NCBI GenBank assembly: GCA_964649705.1
Contig: CAZYRM010000006.1
Coordinates: forward strand, 6,306 to 70,305
DNA length: 64,000 bases
DNA from: an uncultured Planctomycetia bacterium
GTDB lineage: Bacteria > Planctomycetota > MHYJ01 > WSZJ01 > CAZYRM01
Reading direction: 5' to 3'
Below, piece after piece: positions 35,074-45,337 of the stretch (within the stretch, counting starts at the first letter, position 1; every line of letters starts with the position of its first letter). The translations under genes and the position numbers were made by a program. The notes under the pieces are model-generated. The model ran no database searches, was not told the DNA's origin, and saw only the letters and a program-made list of their open reading frames with translations.

Positions 35074-35685
35074 ATGTCTGACGATCCCACGCCCGCGAAG
35101 TCCGTCGTCGTCAAGCGGTACTCCAACCGCAAGATGTACGACACGAGCGCCAAGCGCTACATCACCCTCGAGGAGATCTCCTCCCTGGTCCGCGACGGGG
35201 CCGAGGTCAAGGTCATCGACAACCAGACGGGCGAGGACATCACCGGGGTCACCCTCTCCCAGATCGTGGTGGAGAAGGAACGCCGCCACGAGGGGATCCT
35301 GCCGCGCACCTTCTTCACGGAGGTGCTTCAGAAGAGCGGCCGCACGATGATCGACACGGCGAAGCGCCTGGTCTCCGGCTGGTTCGGCACGGCGCTCCTC
35401 GACGAAGAGGAGATCAACCGCACGGTGGACGGCCTGGTCGAGGCGGGCAAGATCGCCCGCGCCCAGGCGGACGAGCTCAAGGACGCCCTGGTCGAGAAGG
35501 CCTCCCTCTCCTGGAAGAAGCTCGACGAGGCGATCAACAAGCGGATCGAGCAGAGCCTCTCCCGCCTCTCCCTCGCGACTCGCTCGGACGTGGAGCGCCT
35601 CAAGGAGACGATCGCCCGCCTCGAGGCGCAGGTCGCCCAGTCGGGCGGCAAGAAGCGCCGCTCTCGCAAGGGCGCGGCGGAGTAG
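35074..35685 (+). CDS. phaR: polyhydroxyalkanoate synthesis repressor PhaR
   Basis: N-terminal KRYSNRKMYDTSAKRYITLEEI (PHB_acc_N) domain. Confidence 0.8.
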   Translation: MSDDPTPAKSVVVKRYSNRKMYDTSAKRYITLEEISSLVRDGAEVKVIDNQTGEDITGVTLSQIVVEKERRHEGILPRTFFTEVLQKSGRTMIDTAKRLVSGWFGTALLDEEEINRTVDGLVEAGKIARAQADELKDALVEKASLSWKKLDEAINKRIEQSLSRLSLATRSDVERLKETIARLEAQVAQSGGKKRRSRKGAAE

Positions 35686-35735
35686 TCACCCCCCTCCCAG
35701 TCGTACGCCCTGCGGGGGAGATCCCGTCGTCCGGC

Positions 35736-36164
35736 TCAAGCGAGCGGGTTCGACCAGCGGAGGCCCTCGAAGCGGGCGAAGTCCGCGTCGCACGAGCACA
35801 GCTCCGCGCCGTGCTCCACCGCCACCGCGGCGAGGTGCGCGTCGGCGGTCAGGTTCCCAGCGGTGCCCAGGGGGCGCAAGAGCCCCGCCAGGATCTCGAG
35901 GTGCCGCTCGGTCGGCTGGACGACCGCGGCGCAGGGACGGGCGAGCCAGGTCTCGATCAGCGTCAGCGCCTCGTCGAGCGGAATCGGCGTGGCGAAGATC
36001 AGCGGGCGGGTCGCCAGGCGCAGGAAGGCGAGGAGCACCGTCCACTCGAAACCGACGGCCTCCGTCCCGGAGAGCGCCGCCTCGAACCACGGCTTCGCCT
36101 TGGCGTGGTGCGGCGAGTCCTCATTCACGGCGTACAGGAGGAGGTTGACGTCGAGGAGCTTCAT
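35736..36164 (-). CDS. vapC: type II toxin VapC (PIN domain ribonuclease)
   Basis: MKLLDVNLLLYA...D...E...D acidic PIN residues; 4-nt overlap with upstream antitoxin. Confidence 0.75.
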   Translation of the reverse strand: MKLLDVNLLLYAVNEDSPHHAKAKPWFEAALSGTEAVGFEWTVLLAFLRLATRPLIFATPIPLDEALTLIETWLARPCAAVVQPTERHLEILAGLLRPLGTAGNLTADAHLAAVAVEHGAELCSCDADFARFEGLRWSNPLA

Positions 36165-36424
36165 TTTCGCAGGCTCAGCCTTCTCGCGATCTCCTCGTCC
36201 TCGAGCGAGGCGGCGAGCGAGAGGGCCTTGTCGAGCCCCAGTTCGGGGCGGTACCCCATCCGGTAGGTCTTGAGGCGATAGGGACGGCCACCACGGGATG
36301 GCGGTCTCGCCAGCCCGCTCCGGATCGCTTCGTTCAGCGCGGCCTTGAACGAGATCCCCTTGTCGCGCATCGCGCGCTTCAGGAGGGCCACGACGTCAGG
36401 ATCGAGCGTCAGCGTAGTCCTCAT
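36161..36424 (-). CDS. vapB: type II antitoxin VapB (ribbon-helix-helix)
   Basis: 87 aa, MRTTLTLDPDVVALLKRA RHH-like N-term, immediately upstream of vapC. Confidence 0.65.
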   Translation of the reverse strand: MRTTLTLDPDVVALLKRAMRDKGISFKAALNEAIRSGLARPPSRGGRPYRLKTYRMGYRPELGLDKALSLAASLEDEEIARRLSLRK

Positions 36425-36599
36425 GACCGCATCATAGCATCAGAGACGATGCAGTCAAGATGCCGCTCCGCGAGCCAGAGGATCCCCGGCCATGTTCCGG
36501 GCTTGACGATCACGGCGTGAGGGGCCTACCATCGCGAAGGTCCCGAGGGCCTGCCATGCCTCTCACCCTCCCCGCCGATGGGCCCCCGCGCCACGACGA

Positions 36600-38666
36600 A
36601 TGGAGCCTAGCATGAACTGGGGAGGCTACCTGCGCGCAGCGCTCCGCGGGCTCGTTCAGGCGGTCCCGGTCGTCGGGCCGATGGTCGCCGAGTGCGCGAA
36701 GCACGCCGAGGAGGAGAGGTTCCAGGCCCACGTCGAGGCGCTCGCGCTCCGCGTCGCCCGGGGGGAGCGGGGGAGGACCCAGGGCCTCCTGCGGCTCACC
36801 GAGCAGGAGGTCGAGCAGTCCGTCGCGGACGCCGTTCGCGGCCTGTCTGGGCCCGATCGTGAACGCCTCGTGGCACCCCTCGCGCATCCGCCGGCGGGGG
36901 CGCCTGCCGATTCGGTGCGCGAGGCGTTGACGAGCGTGCTGGCGGGGCTCTCGGAGTCGCCTCGAGTCCGACACTCTCTTCTGACCTGCCTCTCCGCGCG
37001 CATCGAGCAGGGTCGACCTCTGAATCCTGGTACGCGTCTGGACAAGTACGAGGTTCTCGAGCTTATCGGCGTGGGCGGGATGGGCATGGTGTACCGCGCG
37101 AGGGACCTGGAGCTGGACCAGGACGTGGTGATGAAGCTCCTGAGGCCTCAGCTCGCGCAGGACCCTGCGTGCGTCCGTCGGTTCATCGAGGAGGCGAAGG
37201 TCGGGCTCGAGTTGACGCACGAGGGCATCGTCCGCGTGAGGGACGTTCGTCGGCACGATGGGACGCCCTATCTCACGATGGAGTGGGTGGACGGAGGGAC
37301 GCTTCGCGGACTGCTTGACGCGCGCGGGAAGTTGACCTGGGCCGATGCCGAGCCGATCGCACGGGGGTTCCTGCGGGCCCTGGCGTACGCGCATGGGAAG
37401 GGCGTGCTGCACCTCGACGTGAAGCCGGAGAACGTCCTCCTGCCGCGCCACGACGCGCCGAAGCTGTGCGACTTCGGCTTGGCGAGGGCCTTGGCGCGCC
37501 CTGGCGGCTTGTCGATGCTGCCCGGCGCTGGGACGCCCGACTACATGGCGCCCGAGCAGCGCGCGGGGGGCGCGGTGGACAAGCGGGCGGACGTGTACGC
37601 GGCGGGCGTGGTGCTCTACGAGTTGCTCGCCGGCGCCTTGCCTGATCGCCACTCCCCGACGCTGGCGGAGGGCCTCGGCGTGGAGGCGCACCTCTCGGAG
37701 GCGGTGGAGGCGGCGTTGCAGCGGAACCCCTCGCTCCGTCCCGCAGACGCACAGGCGCTTCTGGAACGGCTGGGTGCCCCTCGCGTCGAGGTCGTCGCTT
37801 CGCCACGGCAGGCGCCGATCGCTGCGAATGCGCCCAAGGTCGTGGATGCACCCAGGCCCGCGGAGCGCGTCCTCGTGTCGCGCCTCGTCATTCCAGGTCT
37901 GGTCTTCTTGCGTGTGAACGAGAAGGGGTACGAAGAGTACCGGCACGAGAAGACGGGGATGGAGCTAATCCACGTGCTGCCGGGGGAATTCATGATGGGG
38001 CTCAAGTCGATATGGACGGACAGGGAGCCCGTGCATCGCGTGGAGCTAGATGGTTACCTCATTGGCAAGTACCAACTAACGAACGGCGAATACCGGGCGT
38101 TCCACACGGCGACCAGGCACCCGGCGCCCTGGCCGCCAGAGCGGAGCTACCTGTATGAGTACTTCACAGACTCACGGTTTGATGCGCATCCGGTCGTTTA
38201 CCTCGGCTGGGAGGAGGCAAAGGCCTATTGCGATTGGGCGGGGCTCAGACTGCCGACGGAGGCGGAGTGGGAGTACGCGGCGAGGGGGAGAGACGGGAGG
38301 ATGTACCCATGGGGAAACGAGAAACCGGACCGATCGCGGACGAACTTCGGAGACCTGTCAGATCGTGATTATTACACGCGTGCCCGGGGCTCGTATCCGG
38401 CAGGGGCGAGCGCGTGCGGCGCGCAAGACATGGTAGGAAACGTGTGTGAGTGGTGCTCGGACTGGTACGATGAAACGTACTATGAGACCTGTGGTCACGG
38501 GGCAAGGAACCCGAGGGGGCCCGGTAGCGGCTCCTCCCGGGTGGTGCGGGGAGCCTCCTGGAACATGTATGGCGGGATCCGGCCCGTGACGAGTCGCGAG
38601 TGGCGGCACCCGGCGAACCGGGGCTACGTCGTCGGTTTCCGTGTTGCGAGGAGTCTAGCGCGCTGA
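36600..38666 (+). CDS. Ser/Thr protein kinase fused to C-terminal formylglycine-generating-enzyme (FGE/SUMF1) domain
   Basis: kinase: [33 protein letters not shown]; FGE: [45 protein letters not shown]. Confidence 0.75.
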   Translation: MEPSMNWGGYLRAALRGLVQAVPVVGPMVAECAKHAEEERFQAHVEALALRVARGERGRTQGLLRLTEQEVEQSVADAVRGLSGPDRERLVAPLAHPPAGAPADSVREALTSVLAGLSESPRVRHSLLTCLSARIEQGRPLNPGTRLDKYEVLELIGVGGMGMVYRARDLELDQDVVMKLLRPQLAQDPACVRRFIEEAKVGLELTHEGIVRVRDVRRHDGTPYLTMEWVDGGTLRGLLDARGKLTWADAEPIARGFLRALAYAHGKGVLHLDVKPENVLLPRHDAPKLCDFGLARALARPGGLSMLPGAGTPDYMAPEQRAGGAVDKRADVYAAGVVLYELLAGALPDRHSPTLAEGLGVEAHLSEAVEAALQRNPSLRPADAQALLERLGAPRVEVVASPRQAPIAANAPKVVDAPRPAERVLVSRLVIPGLVFLRVNEKGYEEYRHEKTGMELIHVLPGEFMMGLKSIWTDREPVHRVELDGYLIGKYQLTNGEYRAFHTATRHPAPWPPERSYLYEYFTDSRFDAHPVVYLGWEEAKAYCDWAGLRLPTEAEWEYAARGRDGRMYPWGNEKPDRSRTNFGDLSDRDYYTRARGSYPAGASACGAQDMVGNVCEWCSDWYDETYYETCGHGARNPRGPGSGSSRVVRGASWNMYGGIRPVTSREWRHPANRGYVVGFRVARSLAR

Positions 38667-38836
38667 TTGCTGCATTCTCTTTGCTGGCTTCCGTCTGCGG
38701 GTTTCTGCCCTGGGGGGTGCCGCCCTTCACGCCTGCGGGCGGCACAGGAGGCAAGCTCTCCCGCGATCCCCGCGAGGGGCTTGCTGCTCCTGGGTGGGCG
38801 GGCTAGAATTCGGACAGTGACGGGCTTGAGGAAGGA

Positions 38837-39472
38837 GTGAGCACTGTGGCAGTCACCTCTCCGGAACATGCGCGGGCACACATGCCACCCCTCGCACGCC
38901 TGGATGTCGACCAGTACCACGCGATGATCGAGGCCGGCATCCTGCGCGAGGGCAGTCCGTTCGAGTTGCTTGACGGGCTCCTGGTGCAAAAAGACCGGAG
39001 CGCGCGCGGGGAGGATTCGATGACGATCGGCAAGCGCCACAGGGCCGCCGTGGACCTGCTCGCCGGCCTGGATGCGCTGGTGAAGCCCCATGGCTGCTGG
39101 ATCATGAAACAAGGGCCTGTGACGCTGCTCCGTTCCCACGAGCCGGAACCCGACGGGCTCGTTGTCCGGGGTCAGACCCGCGACTACCTGGAGCGACACC
39201 CTGGACCCACGGACGTCTTCTGCGTCATCGAGGTGTCGGACGGCTCCCTGGACCACGATCGCACGAACAAGCTCCGGATCTACGCGGCCGCGGGGATCCC
39301 CCAGTACGTCATCGTCAATCTGGTCGACCTCCAGGTCGAGGTCTTCGAGTCGCCTGTCCCTGCGGAAGGGCGATACTCGCAGACCAAGGCGCTCCAGGCT
39401 GGAGCCACGCTCCCCCTCTACGTGGGCGAAGGCACGCGCGTCGATGTGCCCGTGCGCGACCTCCTGCCGTAG
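38837..39472 (+). CDS. Uma2 family endonuclease (DUF820)
   Basis: FELLDGLLV...D...E...K PD-(D/E)xK-like Uma2 pattern; GTG start with GGAAGGAG RBS. Confidence 0.65.
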   Translation: MSTVAVTSPEHARAHMPPLARLDVDQYHAMIEAGILREGSPFELLDGLLVQKDRSARGEDSMTIGKRHRAAVDLLAGLDALVKPHGCWIMKQGPVTLLRSHEPEPDGLVVRGQTRDYLERHPGPTDVFCVIEVSDGSLDHDRTNKLRIYAAAGIPQYVIVNLVDLQVEVFESPVPAEGRYSQTKALQAGATLPLYVGEGTRVDVPVRDLLP

Positions 39473-39518
39473 GGGCCTACAAGGGGGAGGGCGCCAGACG
39501 CGCCGCGATCCGTGCTCC

Positions 39519-40913
39519 CTACCTCGACTCGTGGGCCTCGATCCACTCGATGACCCTTCGCTCGAACTCCTGGGGCGCCCGTGCCCAGGCGCCGCAGTGC
39601 CAGGCGCCAGGGACGATCCACAGCTCGGCGTGCTCCGGGCTGGCGTCACGGATCGCCATCGAGTGCCAGGGCGGCGTCTCGACGTCGGCGTCACCGTGGA
39701 TGAGCAGCACCGGCGTGTCCGTCGCGGCCGCCGCCTGCGCGGGGCTCGCCTGCGCCAGATCGATGTCGTAGCGGAGCCTCACGTAGAGCACTCCCGATGC
39801 GATGATCGGGCGCGAAAGCAGGCGAGCGAACCACGACAGCGCGCCCGCCTTGGCGCCGATTCGATCCTGCGCGATGTCGGCGAAGCTCGAGTAGCTGGCC
39901 TCGGCGACCACGCCGTCGAACCTCGCCCCGGCTCGGGGCGCTTGGAGCAGGACGGCCGCACCTAGCGACGCCCCGAAACCGAACACGGCCCGGGCGCCGC
40001 GTTCGGTGAGCCAGCGCTGCCACACGACCACATCCTGGGCCTCGATGACGCCGTACGTCGAGATGTCCCCCTCGCTGTCGCCGTGGCCTCGCAGGTCGGC
40101 GAGCAGCACGCGGTAGCCGTGCCTCGCCAGCAGCTCGGCGTGGGCGACCATGGCGGATCGGCGGTCGGCGATCCCGTGCAGGGCGAGGACCGCGCGGCCG
40201 CAGTCGTTCGGCGGAACCAGGTACCAACCGCGCAACCGGGCGCCCCCCGGCGTCACCTCCACGTCCTCGAGCTTCCCCAAGGCGGCGAGTCGTTCCCGAG
40301 CGCCAGGGTCGTTCGCGAGACGCGCGGGTCTGATGGCGCCCTCCCCCAGGAAGACGCCGGCGATGCCGCACAGCAGCAGGTATCCCCCGGCGACCAGCGC
40401 GAGCCACCGAAACGGTCGCTTGCGTGTCAAGACGCCAACGAGCCAAGCCAACGCCACGAGGACAGCCCCTGCGACCAGCGCGCCGATCGTCTGCCAATGA
40501 TGACCCCAGTCGAGGATGGTCCACCGGGTCAGCAGGACCGCGGCCCAAGGCAGGAAGAGCCACGTCCGGGCGCGGCGCCGGGGCTCCCCGTCGAGGAGCG
40601 CCAGCCCGAGGACCGTCGTCAGGACAGTCATGTGCCCCGAGATTGGCACCTCGTACCTGATGCGCAGCCGTGCGATGGCGATCGCGCACGCGACCCCAAG
40701 GGCCAGAAGCATCGCAACGCGCCGCCGGTCCATGCCCGTCTGCCGCACGCGCACGACGGTCTGGACGAGGTAGCCGAACAGCCCGACGCCGAGCGACACG
40801 TCGTAGACGGCCGACGACCAGCTCTGCCACGAACCCAGCCAAACACAGAGGAGGGCCGTGGCCGCGGCGATCACGACCGCCTGGAGACACCGGTTCCGAG
40901 GGGTGTTGTACAC
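39519..40913 (-). CDS. membrane-anchored alpha/beta hydrolase
   Basis: N-terminal TM helices then HG...GASLG nucleophile (FGASLGAAV), D, H; start uncertain (GTG at 40913 chosen; longer ORF to 41207 would overlap divergent gene). Confidence 0.5.
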   Translation of the reverse strand: MYNTPRNRCLQAVVIAAATALLCVWLGSWQSWSSAVYDVSLGVGLFGYLVQTVVRVRQTGMDRRRVAMLLALGVACAIAIARLRIRYEVPISGHMTVLTTVLGLALLDGEPRRRARTWLFLPWAAVLLTRWTILDWGHHWQTIGALVAGAVLVALAWLVGVLTRKRPFRWLALVAGGYLLLCGIAGVFLGEGAIRPARLANDPGARERLAALGKLEDVEVTPGGARLRGWYLVPPNDCGRAVLALHGIADRRSAMVAHAELLARHGYRVLLADLRGHGDSEGDISTYGVIEAQDVVVWQRWLTERGARAVFGFGASLGAAVLLQAPRAGARFDGVVAEASYSSFADIAQDRIGAKAGALSWFARLLSRPIIASGVLYVRLRYDIDLAQASPAQAAAATDTPVLLIHGDADVETPPWHSMAIRDASPEHAELWIVPGAWHCGAWARAPQEFERRVIEWIEAHESR

Positions 40914-41061
40914 CGCGCAAGATCCTACCGAACCACGATCGCCGGCCGCAAGTTTGTGAAGCCTGCGGTCGATGTCGGTCCAGGCGCGCAGAGTCGGCGA
41001 GCCCCCAGAGTTCCTCGCCTCTGGACGCTTGTGCGCCACGGCGGCGACGGCGTAGGATCCC

Positions 41062-42459
41062 TTGTCAACGTGCTGGCGAGGGAACTCCATGCGTGGGAAC
41101 CGGCGGAGGATCTGGACTGTCTCGATCGTCGCTCTGGTCGTCACGGCGTTCGCGCTTGTGCGGTATGGCCTCGCGGAGGATCCCGACGCGGCAGCGAGTC
41201 GTCTCATTCAGGACACCCTGTTCCTCGATGGCGACGATCCAGAGCAATACGAGGCCGCATGGCGTCTGTCCGTCGCGGACGCCCCGGTCCGCGAGGCCTT
41301 CCTCGAAGCGGTATTCGAGACCGAGGACACTGCGGCGCGATTCAATGGGCGCGCCGAGGAACTCTGCGTCGCCGCGGTAGGGCTCGACCGCGAGACCCGC
41401 GATGCCGCCCTCCGGCGCCATGTCCTGCCGCACCTCGGCGAGGCCTCCGAGCCGACCTCGATCCTGGAGGCCCGTGCGCGGCTCGCGGTCGAGCTCGTCG
41501 ACACGGACGCCGACCCTGGAGTGGTCGGCTTCATCGTCCATGCCCTGACGCGCCGGATGGCGCTCGACGAGTCGCGATTCATGCTCGATCGCTACGTGCA
41601 GGTGCTGCGCGCCCTTCCTCCCCGGTTGCGGCATTCCGACGCGGCGGTCGCGCGAGAGTGCCTGATGGCCGCCGTCGGTCGCACACGGGAAGCGACACGG
41701 GACACTCCGTCGCCCTACATTCGGATCTTCTCCCTCGTCGATGCCCTGCAGGCGATCCAGACGGGAGTCCTGCCCGGTGAGGTCCCCTCGGACTTCGCCC
41801 CCTGGATCGGTACGCTCGACGCCGTCCAGAACCCCCGGCAATTCGAGCCCCTCCTGCGGTCCCTGATCGAGCTGCTGGCGAGGCTCCCGCAGGACGACGT
41901 GCGAAAGTCGTCGGACGTGCTCCTGGCTGCCGTCCTCCGCCTCGGCGTGACCCGGGCCCTGGTGGACTTCGCCGCCCTGGAGAGCCCGATGCCCGGTCAC
42001 GGGGAGGGAGTCTACCGTGCGTCGGTCCATCAGCGCTCGGAGACCCTCGGGCGGCTCGCAGGCATGGCGACCGAAGAGGCCCTGGGGCGCGCTCGATCGC
42101 AGACCCTCGCGGAGATACAAAAGACGCCCGATCCGGCCCTCCTCTGGTCGCTGGCGGACGTGTACGTGGCCCTGGGGGGACGACTCTCTCCCGAGGACGG
42201 CCGCCATGCAGCCACGCTGGCCCTGGAGGGAGTCCGGAAGTGCCGTGACCCGCGGTTGCTCTATGCTCCGGAGCGATCCCTCGTGTCCGTGGGCTGCGCG
42301 CTCTCTCCCGAGGCGGTTCAGCCCGTCCTCGGGCTCCTGCTGGAAACGCTCCGATCAACCGAGGACTTCTATCCAGACCCTCTGGCGGCTGGATTGAGAG
42401 CCGTCGCAACGAATCTCGCACCTCAGGATCTCGACTCGGCCTTCGACTCGCTCATGTAG
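41062..42459 (+). CDS. hypothetical secreted/anchored helical-repeat protein (part 1; in frame with next ORF across an amber codon)
   Basis: N-terminal hydrophobic segment; ends at TAG 42457-42459 followed by 43 stop-free GC3-rich codons into next ORF. Confidence 0.4.
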   Translation: MSTCWRGNSMRGNRRRIWTVSIVALVVTAFALVRYGLAEDPDAAASRLIQDTLFLDGDDPEQYEAAWRLSVADAPVREAFLEAVFETEDTAARFNGRAEELCVAAVGLDRETRDAALRRHVLPHLGEASEPTSILEARARLAVELVDTDADPGVVGFIVHALTRRMALDESRFMLDRYVQVLRALPPRLRHSDAAVARECLMAAVGRTREATRDTPSPYIRIFSLVDALQAIQTGVLPGEVPSDFAPWIGTLDAVQNPRQFEPLLRSLIELLARLPQDDVRKSSDVLLAAVLRLGVTRALVDFAALESPMPGHGEGVYRASVHQRSETLGRLAGMATEEALGRARSQTLAEIQKTPDPALLWSLADVYVALGGRLSPEDGRHAATLALEGVRKCRDPRLLYAPERSLVSVGCALSPEAVQPVLGLLLETLRSTEDFYPDPLAAGLRAVATNLAPQDLDSAFDSLM

Positions 42460-42588
42460 GCCCTCGCGAACGTCAACGAACGGGCGAGTGCGACGAGCGC
42501 GGACCAGGAACGGTGGCGGACCGCGCGCCTCGCGGAGGCGGCGGCAGGTGCTCTTCCGTGCCTCTCCGCCCGTCTCGCACCGTCCGAC

Positions 42589-43752
42589 GTGGAGAGCCGG
42601 GGCGGCCAGCTCGTTCAGGCCCTGCGTGCCACGCTCGACGCACGGGCAGCGAAGTCGATCGCCGAGGCCCTGCGGGAACTTCCCGGTGGCCCGTCTGGCG
42701 GGGACGTGCGAGACGCACACTCCATCCTCGTCGGACGCCTCTCGGACAAGCCCAAACCCTGGGACTTGGAACCCATCGCAGAGGCCATCCGCGAGGTGCC
42801 TGGGGACCTCTCCGCCAACGATGCGGGCAGGTGCCAGGTTGCCATCCTCTCCGCCCTGGAGTCCGAGGGGACGGACAGGCCATGGTTGATCGGCCGGGCG
42901 ACCGCCGTGATTGCGACCAAGCTGACCAGGGAGCAAGCGGATGGCGCGCTCCATCAGTGGATCGGAGCGGTTGCAGGGGCCACGGACCGCGGCAAGCTCT
43001 CGGTCGTGGCGGCCATGGTCGCCTCGTGCCCATGGGCGATGCCGGACGAGCTCGTGAGCGCCGCGTTTGCGAAACTCTGGTTGGAGGCCGCCGGTCCCCG
43101 CGAGAGCGACTCGCCCGAGGGGCGACCCCTCGACGATCAACGCGAGATACAAGGGCGATGGCAGGACGAGCAGTTGATGGCCGGTCTCTGCGCGGTTGCC
43201 CGCCGACTGGGGAGGGAGGATGCCGAGGGGGCACAGAGGGATGCCCTCCACGCATTGGGGGCGGCGAAGAGCCTCGCGCAATTCGAGAGGATCGCCATCG
43301 TCCTTTCCGCGATCCCCCGGGAGGTGCCACGCGGCATATGGAAGGCCGAGGCGCTTCGCTTGTTGGGCTCGCCCGCCGGATCGCCGATGGAGTCCCTCTC
43401 CGTCTTCAGCCGGCACGATGATGTGATCTGCAGGCTCGCGCGGAAGCTGTCGCCCGAGGAGGCGAACGAGGTGCTCCTGCGTGTCGCGGAAGTGGTCGAC
43501 CACGCCAGGGCGCAGTGCCAGTCCTCGCCCGTGAGGCAGGCGGTCCCAGACCTCGTTGAAAGGGTGGATGCCCAGAGTGCGATCGACTATCTCAAGTGGC
43601 CCTCTTGTGTCGGGGAGGTCCGGGCGAGCGCCCTTGCCGCCCTTGAGAAGCGCACCGGGCGCGCCTTCGGTGGCAACCTGTGGCAGGCCGTCGTCTGGGC
43701 GGAGGCGGCAGGGCTCGATGTGCGGACCCCGCCTCGGCGACCTGGCCGGTGA
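42589..43752 (+). CDS. hypothetical helical-repeat protein (part 2; possibly continuous with 41062-42459)
   Basis: same reading frame as upstream ORF; similar composition. Confidence 0.4.
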   Translation: MESRGGQLVQALRATLDARAAKSIAEALRELPGGPSGGDVRDAHSILVGRLSDKPKPWDLEPIAEAIREVPGDLSANDAGRCQVAILSALESEGTDRPWLIGRATAVIATKLTREQADGALHQWIGAVAGATDRGKLSVVAAMVASCPWAMPDELVSAAFAKLWLEAAGPRESDSPEGRPLDDQREIQGRWQDEQLMAGLCAVARRLGREDAEGAQRDALHALGAAKSLAQFERIAIVLSAIPREVPRGIWKAEALRLLGSPAGSPMESLSVFSRHDDVICRLARKLSPEEANEVLLRVAEVVDHARAQCQSSPVRQAVPDLVERVDAQSAIDYLKWPSCVGEVRASALAALEKRTGRAFGGNLWQAVVWAEAAGLDVRTPPRRPGR

Positions 43753-43755
43753 CGG

Positions 43756-44133
43756 CTACTTCTTCCGCTGGTAGAGGCGCGCCGCCGCGTCGAGGAGCGG
43801 CTTCAGGGAAATGAGCTTGAAAACCGATCCACGCACCTGGATCAGCCCCTTCCCGTACGCGTCCCCCAGCCCCGACTTCCCCGAGAGCACCTCGTGCAGG
43901 AGCGTCGCCGGCATCCCCAGGTCGAGGTCCGCGGGCCCGTCCGCCGCGCCGCACGCGACCTCCGCGGGAGACTTGCGGCAGTTCAGCTTCACCACCGCAT
44001 CGGGCTCCGTCAGGCGGAAGCGGATCACCGACCCCTTCGCCATCGACCCGTAGTCGGGGTCGTCCAGCAGGTCCCGAAAGAGCGCGCCGAGACGGTCGTA
44101 GACCGCCTTCGTGTCGCGGAAAGGCTTCGCCAT
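43756..44133 (-). CDS. SCP2 sterol-binding domain protein
   Basis: 125 aa; LGDAYGKGLIQVRGSVFKLISLKPLL SCP-2-like C-terminus. Confidence 0.55.
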   Translation of the reverse strand: MAKPFRDTKAVYDRLGALFRDLLDDPDYGSMAKGSVIRFRLTEPDAVVKLNCRKSPAEVACGAADGPADLDLGMPATLLHEVLSGKSGLGDAYGKGLIQVRGSVFKLISLKPLLDAAARLYQRKK

Positions 44134-44135
44134 GG

Positions 44136-45335
44136 CTACCAGAACACGCTCTTCCGTTCCGCGAGGAGCTCGTGGATCTTCTTCTGGATCGAGTCGCGGA
44201 CCTGGTTCGACACCTTCGACACCACGAGGAAGTTGTCCGCGTCCTCAGGCTTGTACCGGCTCGTCTGGACCGGGTCGCAGAAGTGGATCTTCCACTTCGA
44301 GGGAAGCGGAATCGTCCCGAAGATCCCCAGCCACGGGAACGTCGGCGTCATCGGCACGATCGGCAGGTTGAGGATCTTCTCCGCCAGGTGCAGCCTGCGG
44401 AAGTTCGGGTGAATCTCCTCCGCTCCCACCACAGCGCACGGGACGATCGGCGCCCCCGCGCGGATCGCCATCCGGGCGAACCCGCCCCGCCCGAAGCGCG
44501 CCAGCTTGTAGCGGTCCTTGAAGAGCTTCCCGACTCCCTTCAAACCCTCGGGGAAGACCGCCACGAGGCGGTCCTCGTGGAGCAGCCTCTCGCCGTTCTC
44601 CGGGTGCGCCAGGATCTGCCCCGTCCGCGTGAGCATCGGGGCCACCCACGGCACCTGCGTGAACCAGTCTAGGTAGAGCGTGCGGACGTAGCGCGGCTCC
44701 GCGTGCTCTTCCCAGATCGAGGTCATGATCATCGCGCCGTCCCAGGGGAGGACCCCCGAGTGGTTCGCGACGATCAGCGCCCGCCCCTGGCCCGGGACGT
44801 TCCCGATCCCCGTCGTGTCGACCCGCCAGTAGAAGCGGTACAGGAAGCGGAAGACCGGTCGGACCCAGTCCGTGAACTCCTCGTCGAGGCCGTACGGGTC
44901 GACCTCGTACTCGCCCCGCGCGCGCCGCGCGAGCATCGACTTCCACTGGTCCGACATCCCCGTGAGGAACGACCACGCGCTCTTCCAGGTGTCCGTCGCG
45001 AGCCAGGTCGCCTGGCGCATGAGGAAGTTCCGCGCCGCGCGGAGCAGCTCCTCGCGAGCCTGCGGGGCCACCTTCTCGATCCCCGAGCGGAAGGTCTCGA
45101 TCACGCTCGATGGCGTGACCGACGGGAAGAGGCGAGAGATCGGGAATCGCTCGACCGCGCCCCTGAGGAGTCCTTCCACCTCGTCGCGGAGGCTTCGCTC
45201 CACGCGCGGCGCCGGCGCCTCCTCCTCCGGAGGCTGGTGCTTGCGGCAGAAGCCCGTCTCGGCGACCGACCGACCGCGGCAGGGTCCACCCTTCGCCGTC
45301 GTCGCCGTGCAGCGCCCGTTCGTGCCTACGCCCAT
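44136..45335 (-). CDS. lysophospholipid/1-acyl-sn-glycerol-3-phosphate acyltransferase family (PlsC-like) with N-terminal Cys-rich zinc-ribbon-like segment
   Basis: HXXXXD motif (ANHSGVLPWD), FPEG motif (VFPEGLKG); start adjacent to upstream epimerase stop. Confidence 0.7.
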   Translation of the reverse strand: MGVGTNGRCTATTAKGGPCRGRSVAETGFCRKHQPPEEEAPAPRVERSLRDEVEGLLRGAVERFPISRLFPSVTPSSVIETFRSGIEKVAPQAREELLRAARNFLMRQATWLATDTWKSAWSFLTGMSDQWKSMLARRARGEYEVDPYGLDEEFTDWVRPVFRFLYRFYWRVDTTGIGNVPGQGRALIVANHSGVLPWDGAMIMTSIWEEHAEPRYVRTLYLDWFTQVPWVAPMLTRTGQILAHPENGERLLHEDRLVAVFPEGLKGVGKLFKDRYKLARFGRGGFARMAIRAGAPIVPCAVVGAEEIHPNFRRLHLAEKILNLPIVPMTPTFPWLGIFGTIPLPSKWKIHFCDPVQTSRYKPEDADNFLVVSKVSNQVRDSIQKKIHELLAERKSVFW

Positions 45336-45337
45336 CG

